From Laetmonice hystrix (taxonomy: Eukaryota), in contig OZ249436.1 in NCBI GenBank assembly GCA_965235115.1, forward strand, positions 47,556,001 to 47,620,000: 64,000 bases of DNA. The letters are read 5' to 3'. The translations under genes were made by a program, and so were the position numbers. The notes beneath the pieces were generated by a model. That model saw nothing but the letters and a program-made list of their open reading frames with translations. It made no database searches and was not told the origin of the DNA. Each line of letters opens with the position of its first letter. Within the stretch, counting starts at the first letter, position 1. Positions 13,420 through 26,719 of the stretch are shown here, one piece after another.

Positions 13420-13940
13420 CTTTGTCCCTTCCCCTACCCCACCCCTCCCCCTGTCCCTGCCCATACCCACACTCCTTCCCCTGTCCCTGCCCCCACCCCT
13501 CCCCCTGTCCCTGCCCCCACCCCTCCCCCTGTCCCTTCCCCTACCCCACCCCTGCCCCTCCCCCTGTCCCTGCCCCCACCCCTCCCCCTGCCCCTACCCA
13601 CACCCCTCCCCCTCCCCCTGTCCCTGCCCCCACCCCTCCCCCTGTCCCTGCCCCCACCCATCCCCCTGCCCCTACCCCTTCCCCTGTACCTGCCCCTACC
13701 CCTTCCCCTGCCCCCACCTCTCCCCCTGTCCCTGCCCCTCCCCACACCCCTGCCCCTGCCCCTGCCCCTCCCCCTGTCCCTGCCCCCACCCCTCCCCCTG
13801 TCCCTGCCCCTACCCACACCCCTCCCCCTGTCCCTGCCCCTCCCCCTGTCCCTGCCCCCACCCCTCCCCCTGTCCCTGCCCCTACCCACACCCCTCCCCC
13901 TGTCCCTGCCCCTCCCCCTGTCCCTGCCCCTACCCACACC
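13420..13940. repeat. Low-complexity C-rich hexamer-based satellite
   Basis: CCCCTGTCCCTGCCCC(T/C)ACCC variants. Source of the Pro-rich and Gly-rich spurious ORFs. Confidence 0.9.
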
Positions 13941-14787
13941 CGACGGGCCAGTCCCAAGTATATTCAGAGAGTTCCACCCCTGGCAGTGTGATAGACGACA
14001 CCACAGGACACATTATTTCAGACGTACTGCCAGCCCGACCTATATATCCTCCAGAGAACCCGACGAGAAAAGACAACTAAGATTGATTTCCTTAGAGACG
14101 AGGCTAATTCATTCAATAAATGATCACACACAATAAGATTTCTATTCCTTGATTATTTCTGGTGAACCCTTTAATTTAAAATAACTTAAATGAGTCAGTG
14201 TTAGAAATTGCCACAGCTGAGAAGTCCCTGAAGAATCCATTGATGTGAGCTGGGTGCTGGGAGATTCGATTACCCACCTACCTACTCCCAACTTCCCGGT
14301 CAATTTGCCACCGGCATGATGACCAGGCTTTCCGGGAAGCTGTTTAAGGGTTTATTTTGGCACCACTAGGTTCTGGTGGGTGGTGCAGCGCCTCACTACA
14401 ATTGACCTGGGCACTCTGGCCAACAAGTTCCTGGTCCTGCAACACAAGATCGTAGCACACGCTGCTCACCAGTGACCCTTATTCTTTGAAGCTTGATTTT
14501 TTTTTCAGATCCATTATGTGTTCATCATTCCCGACAGCAGTGGTTGTTTTGACCTGGAAGTCGTAGGCTGACCCCATGTCTAATCAATTATTGACTGACT
14601 TCATCAAAGAACACTCAGCGGGTCGGGAAGACATCCTGAGGCTTTGTGTCTGTTCTAGGTGTGGTTCTATAACTCGGTGTTTACAGAATTAGCTGGCCCT
14701 ACCGTCAATCCCTATCTCCCTAACGCCCTCTACAAACCGACCAAATCGTTTATAAAGGTCAACCCACCTTTAATGTTTTAATACATT

Positions 14788-14910
14788 TTCTAGTGGCGTT
14801 TGATGGTGTTGTCTGGTTTCTAGTGGCGTTTGATGGTGTTGTCTGGTTTCTAGTGGCGTTTGATGGTGTTGTCTGTTTTCTAGTGGCGTTTGATGGTGTT
14901 GTCTGGTTTC
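14788..14910. repeat. Minisatellite, 30-bp unit, 4 copies
   Basis: TTTCTAGTGGCGTTTGATGGTGTTGTCTGG tandem. Confidence 0.95.
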
Positions 14911-16376
14911 CTTTGCTGTTTATCTCCCGTGGAAAGATAAGATTCTATCTTGAGTCTCAGATATTTCTGTTTCAGTTCTAAGACTGTCAGTGTGTCTGTT
15001 CCTGACGGGAACTATCACAACACCCGCTGACGACATAGAATATTGATGAAGCCATTTTCTGATAAAATTCTCAGATGTCCTTTTTCTGGGAGAAAATCGA
15101 TCCCGGGTGCGAAGGCACCCTGGAGTAGCAGCAGCCATCAAGTCACCCCCGCTCGTCCCCACGCAGACACCCCGTCTCTACCCCCATATCCCTCTCACCC
15201 CTTACCCCACTCAGACACCCCACCTCACCCCACGTCCACACCGGGCCATGCCCAGGCACCATTACCTGCTATTTCTACCAGCTACCTTCCACCAACTCCT
15301 CAAATGTCTCCAATCTGCCTGCCTGCCTGCACCTTTCATATTCCCACGCTTCACAGTCAATGAAACTTAAGTCACTTCTAATCCATTCAGAGGAGTCGCC
15401 TAGAACTGCACATTTATCCTTGGTGATTATAATAAGTGGTAGAGCAGTTATAAATCATATATATTTCCCACATACTGAAAAAGTCGACACCAAAAAAAAA
15501 CACACACCAAAAAAAAAAACTAAAAAAAAACGCTGAACAGCTAAGAGAATCAACAATTTGGAAAACGAGTCAGAAATAGATTTACGAGTTATGACCTGGC
15601 CCCAGAGCGACTGAAACAATTGAAAGAACCCTCCTCCAATAGCACTATTTCTTTTCCTTAGAGGGCTAACACCGATCTCAAGAATGGCCATATAACGAAG
15701 AGGAAAACGCCTGAATTCTCCTGTCTGGATTAACAAAGCCTACAAAACGTGCTGAGTGCTTCATAGTTTAAGGCGATTTTACCGTGACGACGTGGTAGTC
15801 TATCATCTCGTGTACATTAGCTGGGGTGTGTATATTTACCGGTGGCGGGGTTGCTGACGTATTGCGTGTCCCGTCAGCTCTCGCCCCAGGTCCCTGTCAT
15901 CAGCAACGTGTTCTGTAATCACATCGATCTTAATGATCCCGTCTCCCGCCAGGGGGCGTGCCCAGGGTCAGGTGTAATAATAACAACACTGAAGTCGAGG
16001 CTACCCAAACACTACTCTGTGTTCTCCGTAAGGCATTCCTTCAACAAGTGTACCCGTACATCATGCTATAACCAGCTTCTACAGTATAAACATCACAACT
16101 AGTCAAACCTATTCCTCCTCTATGGGCGACACACGTAAAGGGAAGTTTTAAAAACATATTTAAAAAAAAAAAAAAAACAAGCCGAGATTTTATGTTTGTG
16201 AATACTGTGAAGTGCTCTGGTCCCAGAGCGGCTCACAAGTTTGAAAACAAGTTGATGTTGGCTTTTCCAATTGGGTTCGAATCATGAACAACTTCGTTTG
16301 CAAACCATACGTTGACCGTTTCCCTCTTTTTCTCACATCGTTTTCTCTGATATTATTGCTCAATACCTGTTGGTTT

Positions 16377-16751
16377 ATGACCTTGACATGCCCTGACTGG
16401 GGTCAGGGTGAACATGATATAACCTGACCGGGGTCAGGGTGACCTTGATATACCCTGACCGGGGTCAGGGTGACCTTGACATAGCCTGATCTTGGTCACT
16501 CAGAGTGACCTTGACATGACCTGACCGGGGTCAGGGTGAACCCTGACCTTGGTCACTCAGAGTGACCTTGGCATACCCTTACTGGGGTCAGGGTGACCTT
16601 GATATACCCTGACTGGGGTCAGGGTGATCTTGACCCAGGTAGGGTGACCTTGACATACCCTGATCTTGGTCACTCAGAGTGACCTTGACATGACCTGACC
16701 GGGGTCAGGGTGACCTTGACATGACCTGACCGGGGTCAGGGTGACCTTGAC
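16377..16751. repeat. Intronic minisatellite, ~31-35 bp unit, rich in GGTCA/TGACC half-sites
   Basis: TGACCTTGACATACCCTGACCGGGGTCAGGG variants, running up to the splice donor at 16755. Confidence 0.9.
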
Positions 16752-16755
16752 GTAC

Positions 16756-17130
16756 CTTGTGACTCGGCAGCACGGGAGCTGGAGCAGGTAGTACCGGTCC
16801 CCGTGTTTGAGGATGTAGTACCGACCTCCACAGCCCTGTTTGTTAGGCTGCTGCTGATCGTTGTTGTTGTTGTTGTTGTGGACGACCGGGACCAGACTGG
16901 TTCCGGGACCGTTCACGGGACCGGTTCCGGGACCGTTCCCAGGCCCGGGTCGGCCTGCCGGCGAACCCCGCTCCATCTCGGCCACAAACTCAGACCGGCG
17001 CTGGACCATCTTACGAGCCTCGAGTTCTACCAGTGTGGACAGGTCCTCTGGTACTGGCTTCCACTGAGGGGGCGGCAGGGCGGGGTCCTGGTCAGTCTTC
17101 ACCGCCACAACCTCATTCTCTACCTCCATC
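16756..17130 (-). CDS. Coding exon of unidentified host gene A (MEVENEVV...LQLPCCRVT)
   Basis: Pyrimidine-rich acceptor ccccctctccgactccccag| and donor AAG|GTACGT. 375 nt, open in only one frame (the other two stop within 6 codons). GC-rich codons and an Asn run. Confidence 0.65.
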
Positions 17131-18229
17131 CTGGGGAGTCGGAGAGGGGGGGGGCAACTCTGTGTGTGTGTGTGTGGGGGGGGGGGGTATTTACCCCCTG
17201 TGACCCCGGTGTGACCCGGGTAAGGTACTGGTTGTGGTACGTGTGATCACTCCATGTCACAGCCAGGTGCCCGGTGTGGTACCACTTGCCACTGTCACAC
17301 CACACCACACCCCTACAGATGTGATAGATATATCTCTAAAGGTGTGCCGAACAAACTACAGGTACTTCGCCTGATCGCTCAGTACAACCTGGTCCTCTCC
17401 CTACATCCTGAATATCTACCACCTGCTGCCATCGAGCAGCTGTTAGTTGAGAAGTCCCGTTCCTCACCACACGCGGTTCCGACTTGCCCGGTAAGATGAC
17501 GATTTGTCCGAAGAATGACGATGATATCCGATCTCAAACTCCATTCACTTGAAGACTTTGCCAATACTCCGTCTAATCAGCTCCGTATATCCTAACGGTC
17601 CTACCGAACACACCTGACACACACTTCACCAGCCAATACAGCTGCAATCACAAATCATCTCACTATCCACGCCAGTACAAATCATATATTTTGCGTCTGC
17701 TCTTTTCCCCGTATGCACTCCGCGGCTGTTTCTGGAGACAGCACAGACACAGACCATTCCCCGGCCGCCGCCGCCACTGGAGCTGGCGTACGGATCCTAC
17801 AGCAGATCGTATCTCAATCCAACCCAGCAGATGTCACACTCTCAACCTGTCTGGTATAATGGCCTGTTCCCAATCAATCCACTTGTGTTAATGAGAACCT
17901 CGATCCTAACAGAGTGTTCTCCTCGCCCCAAACACACCCAAGGTTGTGTTTTAACCGTCTCTGACACCACCGCATCCTATCGACTGTGGGCTGTCCCCGG
18001 CCGCCGGCGCCACCACTCCCCGGTAATCGTGGCCACAGTCCCGGGACACGACGCTAACCACGTTACGACCCTTTCTTACCCTCCACCTTCACCGATTTCT
18101 TAAAGGTACTGAGGCAGGCGGCTGACGCCTCATTCACGCCCGACTCTCTCGAGGTTTGGTCTGAGTTAGCGCCGCCACTAAACTGATTCTCCGCTGCTAA
18201 ACTGGGGATTTTCCCCGGACTGCGCGGAC

Positions 18230-18490
18230 ATACGTACAGACAGCCAGGCAGGCAGACACAGCGCTAGGTTTAAAGTACGTCCCTTTGCTCACTGACGTGA
18301 ATATCTGCCATACGTTACTGCTTGAGTTCGCCCAATCCATGTGCGCATTCACAGGTGATGGGTTTATGGCAGGCCCATGATAAACACACCCTCGGCTTAC
18401 TGATACCGCCTGCCCAGGTATCGAGCCTCCTCATTCGTCAACTCACAGACCACGTGACAGCCACTCGACGGGCCCCGGATGACGTGTCGG
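18230..18490 (-). promoter_or_regulatory. Putative promoter upstream of gene A
   Basis: TGACGTG at ~18293 and ~18480, CCAAT ~18332, CACGTGAC ~18451, TTTAAA ~18268. A downstream minus-strand donor GG|GTAAGA near 18080 could close a non-coding first exon. Confidence 0.35.
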
Positions 18491-20319
18491 CTGTGACACC
18501 ACTGGAACATTTGTCTCCCAGAGAATGACAATATTCCCGTCCTGGTCAATACTGCACCTCCTTAAGGATTGTTTAAATTGGCGGCCAAGGAACCAATATA
18601 TTACCACATCCCCGGTCTGGTGAGGCCAGCGGTCAGTTCTCATCATCGACCGACAGTTTATAGCCGTTTTATAACGGTTTGTGAGACACACAATGACCGG
18701 GTGATGATATCTACCTAGACTGAGATGGATGGCGTCAGGTTAGGTGAGGATTTGTGGGACAGAGACACGGTAACACAGGCGAGAACCAACCTACTGGTGT
18801 TACAATATCTCACACCGAGTATCACTGTCAACCAAATCTTCACACATGACTTCTCCGCGTCCTCCAGTGGCCTCCAGGGCAGCAAACAGATGGCCCCACC
18901 CTGGAGGTCAGCCGTCCTTGGCGTGAGAATATTCAATCAACTGGCCAAATTTGCACACTGGGGGCCATGAATTCACGGCACCTAGATTACCATAAAGCTC
19001 AGAATGTTGGATTTCCTCTCGGAGTTTTCTGCACCACGCACAATTTCCACCTGTCAATGGCAATCTGGCGACGGTTAAAGAACAGATCCAGAGCGACTTG
19101 GCAAACTTGTATTTCCATGTAACACTTGACACTACTTATAATCCATTCACGATACAAAAATATTTGATGTTCCGTTCAGTTCAGGTAGAAAACCAGCCCA
19201 CATTATGGAATCCGTAATTACTCCTGAAGCCTGCCTGTTAAATACGACATTACGATGACAATCCGCAGAGAACATCTGTCTGCATGGAAGAATAAAAACC
19301 GCGCAACCATTCGACGAAAGGTCCCAGTGAGGTTTCGCTAGGCCTGCCATCAACACAACCATCGCAACAAGAAGGAAATCTACCCTTCATGTCATGACCA
19401 GGATGAGACAGCGCCCCCTGGCGTGTCCTTGAGGTGATGAGATAACCACCCAGTCATTGCCTGCGGGCAGGGTATTGTATTACCCCAGCAACACGTTGTT
19501 GTTGGTGTCTGCAGACACGAGTGTGAGGCGACCTGCTTCGTCACCTTCTTCCTACCCAGCCCGTGGCGAGGACTTTCCTCATCAGCTGGTCCTCATACCG
19601 ATGCCCGGAGTCCTTCCTGTCTGGGCCCGCAGTCGCCACAACCAAACAGATCCTCGCGCCTTAATGTACGAGCCTTGTTCCCAAATGCCACGTGGTCGAC
19701 TAATCAATTTGGCCAGCCTAAACGTGCCGTAAACATGTGCTGTTCATGGCCCAGGTACCTGGTATCGTGAAGCCAGTAAACCGGAGGCCGCTGTTAGGGC
19801 GGTGGTTCTGTTCATTTCTCATCGGCCACCGTCTGAGCCAGCATATTCCTACGTCAGCTTCTCGGAGGGTGCCGCGCTTTCTCAATGAATCCTGCTCCAC
19901 CTACGACTACAGAAATCTTTTTGTGAGGATTACGGGCCACCCACTTAAATCAGTGCACTTGTTGGTGTAAACGGTAGCGAAGGCTGGGTGATCGCTTGGG
20001 TGAGCGCCGCCGTGTTGTGCTTATATTGAGTACAATCAGACGGGAGGTAGAATATAAAACCCCTGGCTGCAGTCCTCAGTGTCCAGTCATGAGTGGGAGG
20101 TGTCCCCAGCCCGCGGCCACCTTGTACCACTGTCTGCAGGACCTCAGACTCCGTGCCACGACCCGGGTGAAGCTACTACCGCTGATGTCGCCATGTGGCT
20201 GGGACTGCAGGACGTCTGAGACAAGTGGCGTGTTTTCTCACTGGAGGCAGCGGGCTGGGTAGGGAGAGGGAGGGGGTTCAGCAGACCCAGCGGCTTGTCC
20301 TCTTGCGTGTCTCATACGG

Positions 20320-20462
20320 AACGTCACAATAACCAGCCATATCCGACTGTAACGTCACAATAACTGGCCCCTCTTATATTGTGACGTCACAATAACCAAT
20401 ATTGTGATACTGTAACGTCACAATAACCAACTCTCTCATACTGTAACGTCACAATAACCAGC
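20320..20462. repeat. Diverged ~31-bp repeat, 5 copies
   Basis: TGT(A/G)ACGTCACAATAACC core. Confidence 0.8.
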
Positions 20463-20752
20463 CGGAATCCCCGCCACGCGGTTGACAGCCCGACTTAGGC
20501 CGGCCTACTGTCCGACTCATCTTCCCACTCCTAGGGCTGTCACAGGTTTTCATACAGCTTCTATAGCGGAGATAACGGTCCTGTTGTGTGCTCACAATGG
20601 TGGGACTGCCTTAATCAGACAGGCAGTATGTAGTGAGTGTGAGGTACGTCTGCCACGCCTGGTCCATTGATGAGGATGCGTGCTGTAATCTACAGCTGGC
20701 GTTGGATCCTCTCACAGGGTGGACATCGGAGCCGGACGGTGGTGGCGAGTGG

Positions 20753-20754
<2 letters not shown>

Positions 20755-20826
<72 letters not shown>
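20755..20826. repeat. Pure (CTG)24 / (CAG)24 microsatellite
   Basis: 72 nt of uninterrupted CTG. Confidence 0.97.
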
Positions 20827-20830
<4 letters not shown>

Positions 20831-23294
20831 TCCAACTCTACCAGGGCGCTCAATCACGGTATTGTGCAGGCGGCAGTCACCACAGACACCATATCAAACA
20901 TTGGACCGACTGGCGCTCCCACCAATTAGCAGACAATCGTCTCGACTCTCCCGCCATCGGCTTTACCTGTTCTCAGACAATATATCCACGTCAGCGCATG
21001 TCGTTCCTGCCATGCCGTACCGTTACCAATGTGTACCAGCTCAGTTTGTCCACTTAACACCCAATCAGTCCCGCTGTATTGTGCATCAATGTCTAATTGC
21101 CCGTTTGGAAGCCGCGGCGTCTCGCTATCGGTAAGCAAGGTTCCTTATTGCCTCCACAGCTCGCCTGCCAGCCTGCCTTCCGGCCTGCCTGCCCGCCTAC
21201 CTGCCTGCTGCCTGCCGGCCTGCCTTCCCGCCTACCTGCCTACCTGCTTGCCAACAGACGCGTCTTACCCTCGTCTCGCCGGGACCAAGGCCACCTCGTC
21301 CTCCCAACACACGCAGTGTCAACAAACAGACCTCCTGACGCACCTCCAAATGAGCACCCCCGCCCATCCAAAAATCCCCTCCCCCCTTTTTGCTAAGAGA
21401 CACTGGGCACGTGACGCTGCGTGGTGTTCCGTGATAAACGGAAAAATCAAAGACTTCCCTACGTGTGTGAGGTCCGTCATCTAAATACCGACTACTTAAC
21501 ATGATGAGAGATAATGAACAGGGTCTATGGTCACCTCGAGTAGCGGCCCGCCACCATCACAGACAGACAGTTCTATTAGGTGAACGCCTAAAGACAAATC
21601 TGTTGCCGGGGGGCGGTAATCAGACCCTCCCTTCCTCCTTCAAACACACTCCGGTCACACATACAGACAGAATCTTCCCGGAGACTAAAACACCCTGAAA
21701 CTAGAAACACACGGCCGGGAAATATCCTCTTTCTGTTCTTTTTCTACCTTCCGAATCATGCGGGTTATGTTAAATCGCAGTAATTATCCGTTGTAAAGGC
21801 TAAAGGCTAATGCTACGACCGTAGTTTCCCCCTTTTTATCGTTAATGGGAGGATAGTTACGGGATTTATTTCTTCAAGAGAAGGTCATGTGTCTATGTAT
21901 TTATCTGCCTGGTACCATTGCCCACTGTCAGCTCGGTTTGTTCGCTCTAACAGGTTGTAGAAGTGGACTGACGTTAGAGTTTGCTGCCTCTGATACAGAC
22001 GATGAGATTTCTCGGTTGACATCCAACCTGGCTGGACACTGTGTCCACCACCCCATCAGGGTGGGTCGTGTGTGATAAGTTTTACCCCTTCCCCCTGTTC
22101 CCAAGAGAGGCTGTGCCTTTATCTTGTATGGACCAGTGTTTTCCAGGCCAGAATCTCGGCTCTGATTCTGCCGTCTCAGCTGACAAACCCGCTTCTACCT
22201 ATTGCATCGTAAGGTCATCGTATCTCCTTGCTCAAGGTCACAACGTCCCAGAATATGAAACTTTCATGGGTTGGAGCGTCCAGAATGTCTGGTAATCTGA
22301 GTGTGATAGATTCCCTGCCGGGATGTAGAGAAACGAGTGTCCCATCATTGTAGAGGAACCATTGTAGAGTACAATGGAGGGCCACAGATTTCCATGACAA
22401 TCCCTCCACTATTTACGGTGGACGAATTCAATACCAATGTTTCAGCCATATTTTAGTAAGACATCAATCCTGGTCAGTTTATAATACTGATCACTTTCAA
22501 CGATCAGTCTACAGTGTCCGTACCGTCGCCACTGTTATCTATGCCTGGTTCATCTTTAATTAGGATTTTTACTTGTCTACATGTCCATCCTTGATTTATA
22601 AATCATACGTTTTCAGGATAAAACTACGTCTGTATTTGGGAAAGGCTTATCTAAAACTTGCTGGAAATAGCATTCGTTTCGATGCGATTCAGTCCTACAC
22701 ATAACAAACAAAACCAACATAGACCTAAATATTTGTTGTTGCCATGGTAATGCATCGATAAGATACGTTCATCTTAAACGGAAATCCTTGGTAAGACTAC
22801 AAAGACAACGTCTCTTTGACGGCGAGAAAGGTCTCAGCATGTATGGCCATTCATCATATCTAGGTTAATATGACAGACCGTCAACCACTCTTTATGTCAT
22901 CCCCCCTCTAACATGGACCGAACAGTCCCATTGCAGGTGTTCAGTGATGACCCCTGACCCCACAGGTCGACTCCCCATGCTGGGGTGGTGCACCGTGTCG
23001 CTGGGACGTGTCCCACCCCTAATTACCCGAGTCAGTAAAAGGCCGATGTCAGCGCCATCTGGCGTGGACTCTACCACAGGACACGTGCATCAAATATTAA
23101 GACGCACCATCAAATCGAGCATTAAATGTCCTCCAGCATGCCTCTTCATGACCTCCACCAGCGTTCTCCAGCATGGCGCTCTGTATACTGGCGTCAAGTT
23201 GAGCTGACGCCTAGACATCATGTAGTACGTCCTTCCGTCTGATGCGAGTCCGTCGGGGCCAGTGTACCACGACCTGGGCGACAGTTCTCACTAT

Positions 23295-23605
23295 GGGGGC
23301 CCTTCACGAGGGCCCTTCACGAGGGCCCTTCACGGGGGCCCTTCACGGGGGCCCTTCACGAGGGCCCTTCACGGGGGCCCTTCACGGGGGCCCTTCACGG
23401 GGGCCCTTCACGGGGACCTTTCACGAGGGCCCTTCACGGGGGCCCTTCACGGGGGCCCTCACGGGGGCCTTTTACGAGGGCCCTTCACGGGGGCCCTTCA
23501 CGGGGGCCCTTCACGGGGGCCTTTCACGAGGGCCCTTCACGAGGGCCCTTCACGGGGGCCCTTCACGGGGGCCTTTCACGGGGGCCCTTCACGGGGACCC
23601 TTCAC
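23295..23605. repeat. Minisatellite, 13-bp unit, ~24 copies
   Basis: G(G/A)GGGCCCTTCAC tandem. Confidence 0.95.
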
Positions 23606-23696
23606 AAGCGTCCTACAAACTGTCTATCTAGGACCGATGATCATCTGAGTAACACGAAATCATTAAAATGCCTCCTCTGTATCGACGCTTGATGAC

Positions 23697-24243
23697 CAAA
23701 ATAATACTCATGTCCCAATCAATCATACCGGACAAAATAATAGACTTATGTTCCAATCAATCATACCGGACAAAATGATAGACTCATGTCCCAATCAATC
23801 ATACCGGACAAAATGATAGACTCATGTCCCAATCAATCATACTGGACAAAATAATAGACTCATGTCCCAATCAATCATACCGGACAAAATGATAGACTCA
23901 TGTCCCAATCAATCATACCAGACAAAATGATAGACTCATATCCCAATCAATCATACCGGACAAAATGAGAGACTCATGTCCCAATCAATCATACCGGACA
24001 AAATGATAGACTCATGTCCCAATCAATCATACCGGACAAAATGATAGCCTCGTGTCCCAATCAATCATACCGGACAAAATGAGAGACTCATATCCCAATC
24101 AATCATACCGGACAAAATGATAGACTCATGTCCGAATCAATCATACCGGACAAAATAATAGACTCATGTCCCAATCAATCATACCGGACAAAATAATAGA
24201 CTCATGTCCCAATCAATCATACTGGACAAAATAATAGACTCAT
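23697..24243. repeat. Minisatellite, 38-bp unit, ~14 copies
   Basis: GACTCATGTCCCAATCAATCATACCGGACAAAATGATA tandem. Confidence 0.95.
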
Positions 24244-25080
24244 GGCCATGACCCATTCATGCCACCAGCACCCTTACTTCCCGATTTTTACCACTGTAAC
24301 ATGTAGCACAAACACGCGACAAGGACCTGGATAGATGCGACTACATGATGATCGGTCTGACCGGGGTTGTATCTATCTCAGTCCTTTATACACGGGTCGA
24401 GCGGGCACGCCACCTGGTGCCCACCGACGGTACTAACCAAGGTGAGGTCATGTTTAGAATAGCTCGTGTACCCGATATATGACGGACTCCTCATATAGCT
24501 GACAGGCTTCTGCCTATTGCTATTTACAAGGGATTTGAGCTCGTACGATACGAGTTCTTCGTGAAACGCCCCCCCCCCCATGTACTCTGCATCCCCTCCG
24601 GTGACATTTAGAATGTGTTCACCTGTCCTCCGGCTGCTTGCATAACTTGTAGTTTGGCACTCGGTGACCCCTTGTGATGAAGTTACAGGTCACAGCCTTC
24701 ACCAACACGCCTCATGGGCTCTGCTATGGCGTCACTAACACTAGTAAACAATGTTACAACACCCACACCCACACCCACACCCACGCCCACACCCACGCCC
24801 AACAAGGTAACACTCCAATTTACACAACCATTCTTTCTGATTATTTCAAGAAAGGTTGCCGCGAGAAAGGAGGGGGAATACATTTTGGGAACGCTGTGGA
24901 TAATCTGGTATTATGAGAGCAGCGCCACCTAGTGTTGGACGTCCAGAATCCACTTGGTGGAGTTAGGCCCGAGTGTGTGGAGGCCCATCATGTGGACCAA
25001 AGCAACCTCTCCTGTGCCGAGACCTGTGAGGATTGTGTAGAAACAGCGGAGAACAGCGTCATCCCCGTCCTGTTCTGGCG

Positions 25081-25212
25081 GACCAATCAGATATGTGCGT
25101 CTCTATGAAGGTTTCTGATTGGCGGACGCTCTGTGGGCTGCGTACAGGGATTGGTTTAGTGGATTCCGCTAAGTTCTCGCGAGAACTGCCGCGCGATGTG
25201 AGCGCCGGTAAG
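25081..25212 (+). promoter_or_regulatory. Promoter-like motif cluster: three CCAAT boxes and a TCTCGCGAGA palindrome
   Basis: CCAAT 25083, ATTGG 25118 and 25150 (32 bp apart), perfect 16-bp palindrome AGTTCTCGCGAGAACT 25172-25187, then a CCG|GTAAGG donor-like site. Confidence 0.55.
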
Positions 25213-26719
25213 GGAGAGGATGACGCTGAGTGGGAGCCCGGAGCAGGTCAAGGTCAAAGGTCAAGGTCAAAGTTTGGAGTTCCCATTACAGAGATGATAA
25301 TGGCAATTGTGGTGGTGGAAAAGGAGGCCAGTGGACCATTGCGGGACGACTGCCAATAAAGATGGATTAAAAGGAAGATGGATTAAAGGTTCTCTGATGG
25401 AGGAACAATAGGCAGTCCATCCAGGGTGTGTATCAATCCACTGCAGACCCCTCAACCCGCCACCAAGGCCGTGTATCTCAACGACCTTGAAAGGACTCTT
25501 TAAGTTCACCCGGCCCGGTGCAGCAGCGCTGCAGGGATGAGGTCATTTTAAAGCTGGTATTATGCTGGTTTAAAGCTTGTCGTAAGCGATGCACCATGTT
25601 TTCTCACCTCTCGGGTACATGTACTTTTAGGGACCTGAGGTACATCCTCAAGGCAGACCCCTCAATAGGACAATACTATGATACTGGTAACTATATGGAA
25701 AGATACAGAGATATCACCTTAGATTCAATAACATTAATATATCATTCGGCATGCGTCTCAAAACATTTTCATTTAACTCCATGAGAAAGTAATTTGCAAG
25801 TACATGTACTAACAAATTACTTTTTGTCCCCATACAAAACGGACTGCCATTTCCCACGCGGGACGATGGGTGCTAGGTCCCGATACCTCTGGTGTATTGG
25901 CGACCATGAGTAGTATGTGAAAATGGTCATTTGCCTCAGGCTTCACGTATTGCGTCAGCTTTATGTGAGCATGCTGCCTACCATGATAAATCTCATTAAT
26001 AGCACATAACAGTCACTTTGTGAGAAGCTCACCCCGACTTTGTAAACGCTTTATAATCCGATCTGGGAGAGCGAGAGAGAAAAAACGTGCCTGCTCAATG
26101 CCAAGTACGCTGGGTGAATAGATTCGACCACGTGAACGAACTGACATTTAGAATAGAATACCTGGTAGCATCTCCATGCTAACGGAGTGACGCCCATTGA
26201 TCAATTCACTATCCGCCCGCCGTGTCTATTCTAGACAGGCTAGCATTGACAATAGACTACACATAGCGCTGTCACTGAGCATTGAGGAGCACTGGGCCTG
26301 ATAGAATGCTAATGTCAACCCCGGACAGGGAGTGGTGACTGCCAACTGTCATCATCTTTCTTAGTGCCAATTAATAATACGGCACGGAAGTCTTCATAGA
26401 GATTATCCGAAAATCAGAACGACGTCGAATGTGAAATGTACAATTGGAGACTTGATACCGTTAGCATTGACTGAGTGTCGTCCCAGCTGCCAGCAAACAA
26501 GGACTGACATCGCGGGTCGTTAAAACTATACCTCCAATGCGAACTCACCGCTGTGGACAATTCGTCGTGAATCGTCGTGAAAATTACTGTATTCCTTATC
26601 ATCAAACCGCTCCACTGCTCACTTTTTTTGCTTTTATCCAATATATTTAATAAATCAGACGTTTGAAAATTCGAACCTAGCAGTTTGATTTCCGTTGCCT
26701 GCAATGTTGTTAGTCCTAA

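Noticed and set aside
13155..13991. 278-aa Pro-rich ORF and antisense Gly/Arg-rich ORFs
   Set aside because: Translation of a MITE relic plus a C-rich satellite, open in several frames.
16274..16283. GGTTCGAATC B-box suggesting a tRNA or SINE
   Set aside because: No A-box or cloverleaf around it.
20633..21134. Poly-Cys, poly-Ala and poly-Leu ORFs on the plus strand
   Set aside because: All three frames simply read the CTG tract, with no splice or domain support.
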